Source: Callorhinchus milii (lineage: Eukaryota). Taken from it: a stretch of 64,000 nt of DNA. The notes below the pieces were generated by a model. That model was not told where the DNA came from. It did no database searches and was given only the letters and a program-made list of their open reading frames with translations. The translations under genes were made by a program, and so were the position numbers. Location: positions 31,808,001 through 31,872,000 of the forward strand of contig NW_024704743.1 of NCBI RefSeq assembly GCF_018977255.1, written 5' to 3'. Shown piece by piece: positions 25,550 through 36,200 of this stretch (positions are counted from its first letter, which is position 1; each line of letters begins with the position of its first letter).

Positions 25550-25690
25550 CACTAGGAGAAACTTCCTTTTCTTTTCAAGTGGTCTTACAGGATCTTTAAC
25601 GTCCACCTAAACAGACAAAAGGGGCTTTGGTTCAATGTCTCATCAGAAAAATGGCACCTTCAATCAAAGCAGCACTTCCCAGCACAGCAG
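25550..25690 (-). mobile_element. DeuSINE internal fragment
   Basis: ggatctttaacgtccacctaaacagac...gtctcatcagaaaaatggcacctt. Confidence 0.75.
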
Positions 25691-27344
25691 TGCTGAAAAG
25701 CAAATTAGAAGTTATATATATATTGTTATTGCTGATCCTGCTTGTTCCTTACAACTGCTATTGTAGTATATTTTTAGGGGATTAGGAGAAGAAAACCTAA
25801 ATTTAAAACTCTCCCATCACTTTAATATATCTGAACTTTCTGATTGATGTTGGCAAACCCATTATTTCTCAGGAAAGATTCATGACCTTCATGAATGTGA
25901 CATTTCAAGCACAATCCATTCATATGCAGAATAATGAGTGAGGAAGAGTACTTTGCATGGAAATGCAGTTTAGCCAAACATTTATAAGATTGTTTTCATA
26001 TTATTGTGCAAATGCAGCAAGAATAAATAAGATTGCTCAGATGATGGGATGCTTTTCAAGGCCAAGCAATCCATTAGCTCTGCTTGGTTGAACACGCTGA
26101 GCTTTTATGCCACTCTCACATTTCCACTTTCTGTTACCAAACAAAGCCGAACTGGCTGAAGAGCAAGCATCTCAGATATTGTGCAAGTTTTGTTCAACAA
26201 AAATCTGCGGTGACGACCAGGGAGGCCACAGTGTGTCCTAATGCAGCGTTAGCCACTTGACTGGTGTTTGAAAGCTCTTGAAGTGTATGGAGAGTTTAAA
26301 GCTCCTCACACAGCTGGCTGTTCTGCAAACTCATGATATCTAATCCAGATGTTGGCTAGACTGGCTGGAGCCAGCTTTCAAGAAACAGAGGGTGACACCT
26401 GCAATTTGCCTGTTTGACAGCCTGCGGGTGTGAAAGTGGTGCTGGAATCAATCACAGAGGCCATGCGCGCAGGGAGAATTGCCACTCTTCCTTCTTGACC
26501 TCACACAAGCAATGTTTCCTGCCAATACAACAATTGTGTTGCTTCATTTGGTCAGATTGGTCTTTATTTAACAAGATGGGGTCCAACCACTCATTAACCA
26601 TTTCATAGCCTTTTGACACTGCAGATTCCACACAAGTCTCTTTGGGGGGGGAAGGGGGCAAACATTGTCACATTCGATTTGCAGTCCTGAGCTTCATATG
26701 CTGTAAATAATTCTGGAATTGCTTTACTTAATATCTGCAAATTATTCACTGCTTTAACGGTACACTAAGTGGATATTGAGTATTTAGGGCAGCTATTGTC
26801 AATAAAAAATCAATACAATTAAATCAAGAACAGTAGTTTGTGTGAGATCAGGAGATGAGAATGACAGCTATGTCTGTAGACGTGCTGAGACATAGATATG
26901 TAATGAGTTCAGTTCTGGGGTCTGCAGTCAGCATGAAACTGGATTTTTTTGAAATGATAGCATTGGGGCGGAACATGCGGTCTGATTTAAAAGATTCCTC
27001 GTCAGTATCAAATACGTGTTTCCTGGATGGCCAGAGGCGCTGATATTCTCAAAGTCGCCTTCTAACTCATGGATGGATCGTGGCTTTTGACTGCCAATTA
27101 GCGGTTAGTGGGATCCCGCCATTCTACAAGGGCAGTGGAAAGCTTTGATCGGCAGCCAGAAGACGAACGCATGATCCGGCTTCATGCCATTGAGAGTGTT
27201 GGCAGACGCAGGGGCGGGTGGAATGTGGGGAGAGTTTCTCTAGTTTTCTCTTTCGCAAAATTCATACCTGATCGTTAGAGAATCTCTTAATTTACACTAA
27301 GGGCTTCTGACTTTCAGTTTTAACTGATAAACACTCCCAATATT

Positions 27345-27657
27345 GTGGAGTCCTGTAGCTCAGTGGTTAGAGCACTCGCCTCGCAAGCGAGAGACCTGGG
27401 TTCAATTCTTGGCAGGGTGAAACCTTGGGCAAGTTTCTTTACTCCACACGCCTGATAATAATCCCTCAAGGAAAAAAACAATAATAATTTGATCACTCAA
27501 TCCACAACTGTTTGTTGGACACTGCTGTGCAGAATTGGCTGCCTCATTTCGCCCACGAATATACAGTCAATTCACTTTACAGTCTATTCTGTGAAGCGCT
27601 TTGAGATGTCTAGAAGACATGAAAAGCGCTAAATCAAATACAAGAATATTATTATTA
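27345..27657 (+). mobile_element. Full-length tRNA(Ala)-like SINE, short form
   Basis: gtggagtcctgtagctcagtggttagagc (A box), ctcgc..cgcaagcgag anticodon arm, gggttcaattc (B box), body and (att)n tail. Confidence 0.95.
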
Positions 27658-28149
27658 AAAAAGAAATCAGTATTTATCCAATAAACACTGGAGAAACACT
27701 GCAAATAGTTACTCAATTCGTGTTGACATCAACACCAAAAGTTCTCAGACTTGCTGCAGTCTCGTGTGTGAGAAAGAGTGGCCTGTCCTGACAGGAGGTT
27801 TTCTCTCTCTTTCTCTCACTCGCTTTCAGCGGCAGCCTGGTATGCTAACTGAGCATGGGTTACTCTCGCTCTCCAACTCTCCCTCTTCTCCTCTATGTGT
27901 GCAGGCATATCTGGTGAAGTGTGTGTATATGAGAGGAGAGATACACAGCTCGTGCATAAGGGTGCCTCCCTCACTTCTGTGTGCACGAGCACAGGCATGT
28001 CTGTAAAAATGTACCCACAAAAATCTTCTCATTACAGTATAGTGTATAAAAAGCGAGGGCGTGTCCCCGATTTTTGGGCATCTACAAAGAACTAGAAAAT
28101 AGCTCAAAATAAACCCCAATAAATGAAATTAATAAATATGAAAAACAAG

Positions 28150-28326
28150 CTATGCAGTGAATAATCAATTTACCTGGAGGATTATTGGCCAGGACAAAGG
28201 GAGAAACTTCCTTCTCTTTTTGAATAGCCATTTAATGTCCATCTGAATAAGCAGATGGGATTGTTGTTTTAATATCTCATCCAAGTAATGCACTTCTGAA
28301 TAAGTAGAACTGCCCTAGTACTGCAC
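28150..28326 (-). mobile_element. DeuSINE fragment
   Basis: attattggccaggacaaagggagaaacttccttctctttt...atctcatccaag. Confidence 0.7.
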
Positions 28327-28614
28327 TAGTCGATTGGTGGATCACTTTCCACCCTATTAAATCCCCACCCCGAAACAAACAAACAAACAAACAAATGAAG
28401 GAATGAATGAATGAATGAATGAATGAATGAATATTGGGTCGTACAGTCCATGGCTGCTTGTGGAACTGTGTGCAATTGGTCGCTGCATTTCGCCCACAAA
28501 ATACTGTTACATAAGTCAATCCACTTTACAATATATTCAGTGAAGCACTTTGAGACATCTTAGTGACATGATAAGGCACTGTATCAAATGCAAAAATTAT
28601 TATATTATTATTAT
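28327..28614 (+). mobile_element. 5'-truncated tRNA-SINE whose internal linker is expanded to (AAAC)n(GAAT)n
   Basis: tagtcgattggtggatcacttt central motif, microsatellite at 28372-28431, then the standard body and tail. Confidence 0.85.
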
Positions 28615-30512
28615 GACATAGAGGGGAGAGGAAATTATAGGTTAAATACAAAGCCTCACCCTGATAACTGAAAGTTTATAAAATTGTGAGAATTTTGGAA
28701 AATATTATAACATTATTATAACACGTTGCAACATATTATTCAGTATGGATTATAGTTTCCTTCATAAATAATTATGCTGCTTATATTTTTTGTGCTATTT
28801 GCTGCTGTAAATTAACTTTTACACAAATCTTTTCTTTTTTGCCGTAAAATGCATTTGAAGAATTTATTTGTGTCAAAAGTACAGACATCGTTGTCAAATT
28901 TAAGAAGAGCATCAAAGAAAACCACAACTGTCAATAATCTTTACATGACTATTACAATGATTTACCATTTCAGTGATTTAGATGTTGCTAACGTATGGTT
29001 GAATAACATCTGAAATTGTTATTGTGCTTCCTTTCTGCCCCTATTTTTTGGCACAAACTGGAATACTATATGATATTACATTATTAATTAGACATTATGA
29101 AAATACACAACAAAATAATAATCTTGCCATCAGTGGGGGAAAACAACATATGTTAGCATCTAAAATAGGTTAGAAAAGAAGGTGAGCTTAAGCCCCATTT
29201 ATGTCTATGCTGTGTGCGTGAGTGAGCAGGCTTTACTTTGGAATAATAGACATCAAGCTAATTAAAACACTAACACAACCTGTGCTCAATTCTCTGACCC
29301 TTTGCAGCCTCCTCAGTCCCATACAGACTGGTCTTAATTGAGAATAGCCTTTAACTGTTCAGAGCTTTGAACCAGAACTTACTGCCACATATGTACTCAG
29401 TTACTTTCATTTATATTTAATATTTCCTTTCCATTTAACCAGTGTATATATACGCCTGCATTTTGTGTAATAACCCAGTCAGCAAATATCACTGTTGCAA
29501 TAATACAGAATATGTCTGAAGCTGTCTGAGATGCAGGCAGAAATAACTTTAAATGCATTTCCCCAAAATATCCTTCATATAATATATAAGAAAGGCCTTC
29601 AATCGATAGATTGCACAGATAAGGAGTTGTTCTCAAATTTTCTTTCACAGGAATTGCAATTTAACTTTCACTTACTCACGATCCTTTTTCATCTCTGTAT
29701 TTATAGCAGTTTGGTTATAAAGAGATTTTTTGTTTAAACAATTGTTTGCTTAACTATGTGCGATCTGATATTTGATTCAGTCTCTGCAAACCAGACAGGT
29801 TTATATTGAATTTCATAATTATAATTTGAAACAACTCGAAGGACAGGCAGGCATACTATGACGGACATTTATGAGTTTGTACCAATTCCATCACCTATCA
29901 AGTTCACATTGAACATATGTTGATACTGGCATGTCCTCAGCATGTCCTTAGCCACCCAGTAGGTGCAGCAGCACATGATATATTTGCAGTAAGATCATGT
30001 TTCATTTCCCAGTACTGTTGTCCCTCACCTACATAAATAAAAATATCTTCCCTTTCCACATAAATGCTGCCAAAAGGTTGGTTACATAGGTACCAACATT
30101 TTCAATAAATGCATAACAAAACCTTGTCATTGATATTATTAATCTCTTGAAGTTAGAATTTTCTTTATACATTATTTTGTTGGTGTTCTGTGGAAACAGT
30201 GATTTATAGCAACCTATGACTGGAGGAACAGATGTTGAATATATAATGAAACCTGGGCAGAAGAGACAGAGATGAAGATAGCTTGTTCTTAGTGAGTCAT
30301 TGTCTCATTGACTCAATATATATCTATATCTGTTTATTCACGTTTCTTTTTGAGAAAGGCTTGGGAAGTAAAGGCACTTCTCGGGACAGAGGTCGGATTA
30401 TTTATTACACAAAATACACATTTATTTTACTAAATATATGTATTAAATATTTTATATAGTTATGTTTGATTTACTAAAATACACATTTAATTTATTTAAT
30501 TACTTATTACAA

Positions 30513-30624
30513 GAAATACACAGTCAATTCACTTTACAGTATATTCTGTGAAGCGCTTTGAGACGTCTCAACGACATGATAAGATACTATATCAAATGCA
30601 AGGATTATTATTATTATTATTATT
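30513..30624 (+). mobile_element. tRNA-SINE 3' tail
   Basis: cagtcaattcactttacagtatattctgtgaagcgctttgagacgtc...(att)n. Confidence 0.9.
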
Positions 30625-32939
30625 TGTGCCTTGTCACTGGAAAAAAACACCTCTGGACATAAACTGTCTTCCGCAGAAGACCCTTGGTGTCACATCAACT
30701 TGTAAAACAGCAACTTCTGCTTTCCTGAGGAGCACCTTTTCAACCCCATGATAGGATGTTATTCCAATACACACCTTGTCAAATTCTTTGTCTCCCAGGG
30801 AGCAAAATTAGTTAGAATTGGTTAGGGGTGAGCAAGTCAGCCAATTGCATTCTTTCCTCTGTAACCTGGAGACACATTCACCCAGGTCCATTCGATGCGC
30901 TAAATATTGAACGTATCATTCAACTAACCCTAAAGTTTCTTGTGGATTCTTTTCGAGTGCAACTGGAACTCTCGCCGGTGCTGGGGTTGCTGTGAAGGCT
31001 GGCATTCATTTACTACCCCAACCATAAAATCTGACCTTTCTTGAGACTTATTTGATGCCAGGAAATCAACTCTAACGAACTGGAAATCGCAGACCATTTT
31101 TACTTTTCATAACTGGCTGGGAGAGAGATGTTGGAGGTTACAGTGCTGCAAAACACATCATGTATAATTCAGGATAAACTAATCACCCTTTATAAACTGC
31201 TGTCAAATGATAAATAAGACCTCAGTGGGTATTGCCAAAGGATATCTTCCTCAACAATAAGGTGATAGCCAGTACTTATCTCTCTCACCATCTCTCATTT
31301 GTCTGGTTTGCTGCTTTCAGTGCAGTGCAGACTTTAAATCATATTTGTAAAAAAGGTGAAGGTGCATAAATGGGAGCTACTTGGCTTGGTGTGGGCTAAG
31401 CACTATTCTCATCAATTCAGTAAGATTCGGTAACTTGTCTCCACTCATCGGCAACTGAAATATAATTTTAAGTTTATATCTTTAATGCCATGAAGTTTAC
31501 ACCTCAAGAATTGAATTGCTCTTGTTTACAAGTGTACAGGGGAACATTTGCTACAGTTACTGAATGGAAACAATTGCTTAATGAACATCAACAATTAATT
31601 GCCTGAGGTGGAGCCCACTAACTAGCAGAGGAGCAGTTATTCCATGGGTCAAAAGCTAATGGGCCTCTCAACACAGCCCATTGATTACGTAAAAGAACAG
31701 CCCAGAAGCTGAGCAGAGAACAATAAATTGCAGTATGACTGAAATTAATTTACATAAGATTCCCTGAATTCATTTACTTGCTTCTGAGAGCCTTTGTCAT
31801 GCTAAGGATTGGAATATCTATCTGAATACCCAAATAGAGGGCTATGTGTAGCAGGCTATGGGGTAATCTCAGTGCTTGTTTTATTTAGTGCTGTTGAATC
31901 CTTCAGTGCTAGCACTTAACTCGGTCTGAAGCACAGTTCTGGTACAATATTTCAGGCTGCTCCAAGACCACTACCAGCCCTACTGAGCTTTAAAACACTC
32001 ATGTTTTAAACAGCATGTTCTGCTTCTATTACAATCCTGCTTCTCTACCTTATAAAAGGCACACAAAATGTTCTTTATTTGACATTTTGAGGCAGTCAGG
32101 GAGATTGGGGTACCGAAATTAGGTAATATCTATTTTATCCTGATGTTTTAAACTTAGGAACATAGCATTTATGTGGAATGTCATAACCATTAAAATCTGT
32201 GAAAGCCACATTTTTCTTTACAAGGCCTACAACTTGGTAATATCATCGGGTCAACTTGCTACAATGTTCAGAAGCCACAGGTTCAGGGAAATTGCCGACT
32301 GCCTGGGCTGGATGTTTCCAGCTAATGCTGAAAAATTCCATTGGTAAAGTAATCAATTTATTCAGGCATCAAGGAAAAGTTTTATGACTCCAATAGTCAC
32401 CTTAACCCAGCAATGTATTTGTTTTAAAGTAAACATTTAGTGTCAAATAACTACATTTAAGAAAGCTTGCTGCCACTATCAGTGCGCTCATGTGAAGGTT
32501 CACTACCTTGGAATGGGGAGAGTTCCAGGTTCAAGACTGGATCTTCTACTTCTTGATCTAAAAGTGTGAAGTAAAGAGGCCTAAGGAGAAGGTGATTTGA
32601 CTCTCAACAGGGAACAAGGGGAATCAGAGAGGATAACACGGTTTGACTTGATATCTCCTCAAGAATCATTCTCAGCATTCTGTGTATCCAGCCTTTTAGA
32701 CATAATATAATATATTATTACAATATTATTATCTTGATGACATGATAAGGCGCTATGTCAAATGCAAGGACTATTATTATTATGGGTGTTTGCTTGATTT
32801 GCCTCAAGGATGAGTGGGGTAGAGAAACAAAATGCTGAAATCTTTTCTCAGGAGACTAACTGAACACCGTTTTTTTTCTTGTTCCTTGATTTCCTATGAC
32901 CTTGTAATTTTTGAACACTTTGCTTGAGCTCACCCAGCC

Positions 32940-33140
32940 ATCCCTTAGATGTCAAGGATGAGCTGGTGTAAAGTATGTGCTGGGATAGAATGTTTTAATT
33001 GAGATATCTAGGCAAAGGTTCAAGGCTTGTCCTCCAGATAACCACCAATGTTCAAAAGAGGAGGAGCAAAGCTGAGATAAATCAAGAAGTGATGGTTGGT
33101 GATTCCAAGCTTAAGTTCATAAAGATTCTAGATTGTAAAA
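32940..33140 (-). mobile_element. Ancient LINE 3' UTR fragment, same family as 36070-36200 and 63500-63790
   Basis: Shared blocks gggataga..ttttaattgag.tatctagg.aaagg.tcaaggc, aagctgagataaat and atcaaga.gtg..ccaagctt. Confidence 0.6.
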
Positions 33141-33189
33141 GTGAGAGAGAGAGAGTTTGTGTGGGGGGTGGTGGTAACAGCTCTGCAGT

Positions 33190-33540
33190 CAAAATGTCTC
33201 AAAGCCCTTTCCAATTATTACAATACACTGTATAGTAATTAATTAATTTTTTTGCAACATTTTGTAATCTTGTGTAATTAATGCAACAGCCTCATTTGCA
33301 CACATCAAGGTCCCCAAAACAGCCAGGAGGTGAATGACCAGTTTATTTTGGACAAGACACTGGGAGAAACTCCCTTCTCTTTTTTAAAGGGTACTCTGGA
33401 TTTTTTAACATCCACTTGAACAGATAGACAAGACCTTGGTTTAAGGTCTCATGTGAAGGATGGCACCTCTGACATTGCAGTATTCCACCAATATTGAAAT
33501 GGAATGTCAGTCTAAACTGTAAGCTCAAATCTAAGTTGGA
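33190..33540 (-). mobile_element. DeuSINE
   Basis: gacactgggagaaactcccttctctttt...ccttggtttaaggtctcatgtgaaggatggcacctctgaca. Confidence 0.8.
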
Positions 33541-33787
33541 GATGGGTTAACCTGGTGACAGTCAGTCTGTTAATTCTCCATCTCTATGTTTGAGTTTGTT
33601 ATATGTGTAGGGAGTGCTATAGTCTTGACCTCACCTGGGAAGGTCTTTTACTTTAAAAGGGGTCTTGATCACTATTTGTCGCAATGTCATATAGCTATAT
33701 TGCTATCATGCCAATCCACTAGAAATGGCATAACGAACAAAACACCATTATCAGAACTAAATCAGTGTTTTCTGCCATGCCCACTAT

Positions 33788-34116
33788 AATAATAATAATA
33801 ATAATCCTTGCATTTGATATAGCGCTTTCACGTCGGGAGGACGTCCCAAAGCGCTTCACAGAACACACTGTAAAGTGAATTGACTGTATATTTGTGGGCG
33901 AACGCGGCAGCCAATTGCGCACAGCAATGTCCCACAAACAGTCGTAGATTGAAAATGACCAATTTAATTATTGTTTTGTTTTTTTTTTTTTTGGAGGGAT
34001 TATTATTAGGCGTGTGGAGTAAGGAAACTTGCCCAAGGTTTCGCCCTGCCTGGAATTGAACTCAGGTCTCTCACTTGCAAAGCGAGTGCTCTAACCACTG
34101 AGCTACAGGACTCCAC
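33788..34116 (-). mobile_element. Full-length young tRNA-SINE, short form, with a candidate 7-bp TSD (ccactat)
   Basis: Complete from head to tail; ccactat at 33781-33787 and 34113-34119. Confidence 0.95.
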
Positions 34117-34127
34117 TATCTTACAGA

Positions 34128-34425
34128 CCACAGGAATTTACAGCACAGAAGAAGGCCATTCAGCCCATTGTGTCTGCGTCAGCTCCCTCAAGAGCAATGC
34201 TTTCAGTATAATTTACTTTCCCTTTCCCCAAACCCCTGTAGTGAACTCTTTTTAAGGTATTTGTCTGGTTTCCTCTTGAAGGCCAAGATGGATTCTGCCT
34301 CAACCTCAACCACCGCTCCTGGTAGGACATTCCATATCCTAACTACTCTGTGCATGAAAATATTTCTCCTAACCTCCCCATTTGCTTGTTTACTAACTAT
34401 CTTAAATGGATGCCCTCTCATTATT
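34128..34425 (-). mobile_element. CR1 LINE 3' end
   Basis: Minus ORF RGHPFKI...VRRNIFMHRVVRIWNVLP...AFKRKPDKYL, plus tail cagcacagaagaaggccattcagccca. Confidence 0.92.
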
Positions 34426-34989
34426 TATTGCACACATAGGGCAATGCAGTCGGCTCACTAGGTGGATGGAATTTGCATCTACTGGACTCTTTAGTTGGCA
34501 ATCCTTTGCAATATTGCAGAGATGATGAGAGCGACAGTGAGACTCATGAGATTCATGAGACTTGGCAGCTCTCACACCGAACAGTTCCAAACGTTCAGAG
34601 GTCAGTTTGCAGCTGACTCATAACATACTGGGAAATTTTTGGGGGATCTTTAGTCTCTTCTTGCTTACGAAAGCTGAATGTTAATGACAAACATGTACTC
34701 GTTGGAACCTGGAGAGCTTGTGATTCCCCTGTAAATGCTATCTTTTAAATAACAAAGAGCACATGCAATGTAGTGCCCACTCTGTTGCTGAGCAAATGGG
34801 ACAGATATTTGATCCAGCAGGGAGTGGAATCATCCTGTGTTCTCGTGTTTGAGGTGTATGGAACCTTGATTTAACATCTCACAATAATAATAATCCTTGA
34901 ATTTGATATAATATCTTTAAGGTCGGGTAGACATTTCAATGCAATTCACAAGTTATTGAGAAATGTAGTGACTGCATATTTTATGACAT

Positions 34990-35912
34990 CTCAACGACAT
35001 CATTCATACACTCGGGGTAAACATATCTGGATGACACACAAATCTACTCTACCTCCTCCAGCTGTGACTCCGGGTCCGCTGATGTTCTATCAGCTACCTT
35101 GTCAGACATCAAGGCCCGGATGAGCCCAAATTTCCTGCAGCTGAATGTTGACAAGATGGAAGCCATACTCTTTGGCTCCTGTCAGCATCTTTTCTCCTGC
35201 GGGTCTGATCTCATCGACTTCCCCAGCCTATCCCTAAAACTTACCAAACCTGTTCGCCAGGTAGGATTCCCAACTATTGTTCCAGCCTCACATCCAGTCC
35301 CTAACCAGGACCGTTTGTTTCCACCTCCTTCACAGCTTGCCCATCTCCTACCGTACATCACATCCAATGCAGCCAAGTCCCTTGTCCAAGCTTTTGCCAC
35401 CGCCAGCCTCAACTATTTATGTGTCCTCCTCGCTGGTCTCCCAAGCTTCAATATCCACGAAATCCAATTGCTCCCAAACTACTCCAAACTCCATACCCCA
35501 ATCACACTGATCCTCGCCAGGCTCCACTGGCCTCCTCTCGCTAAATGGATTAACTTCAAGATACTCACACTCGTGTACAAATCCCTTCATGCCCTGGCAC
35601 CTCCCTACCTCTCTGACCTGCTTATCCCTATGCCATCACCTGCCGCCTACGCTCGGTTGGCTCTGGTCTCTTGCATATCCCTCCGTTCCACCATCGGCGG
35701 CCGTGCTTTAGGCGATTAAACTCTGGAACTCTCTCCCTAAAGACTTCCCACTTGACCTCCTTCCCCATTTTCAGATAATGGCTTAAGACTCTTCAACCGT
35801 GCCTACATTCATATCCTCCATCCCCTCGGCTCAGGATCAGCCTCCGCTACTGTTAAGCGCTCCGAGATGTGACCCTGCGTGAAGGGCGCTATATAAATGC
35901 AAGTTGTTATTC
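34990..35912 (+). mobile_element. Degraded L2 RT-to-3' end
   Basis: SDIKARMSPNFLQLNVDKMEAI, LARLHWPPLAKWINFKILTL, STIGGRAL; tail gtgaagggcgctatataaatgcaagttgtt. Confidence 0.9.
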
Positions 35913-36069
35913 TTTATAGGTGAATATGGCAGCCAATTTCCACACAGCAATAATAATAATCCTTGAATTTGATATAATGCCTTTAAGGTATTGGTATTGT
36001 TTGAAACACTTCAAGGCTTCTGAAACACACTCAAAGGCAGTCTAGTAACTGTAAATATGTTAACATGTC

Positions 36070-36200
36070 GAGAATAAGCCAGCATGAAGCATGTGTTGGG
36101 ATAGAGTACTTTTAATTGAGGTATCTAGGTAAAGGGTCAAGGCCCAGATTGCATATCACCACCCAGGTTAAAAAGAATAGGAGAGAAGCTGAGATAAATA
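36070..36200 (-). mobile_element. Ancient LINE 3' UTR fragment, paralogue of 32940-33140
   Basis: Directly similar to 32955-33083. Confidence 0.6.

Noticed and set aside
26855..27043. 62-aa ORF with an open antisense frame
   Set aside because: No recognisable domain or convincing splice sites on either strand
27345..27420. tRNA-Ala gene (also near 34040-34116 and 39065-39138)
   Set aside because: The tRNA-like sequence runs directly into a SINE body and (att)n tail and lacks a proper acceptor stem; these are SINE heads
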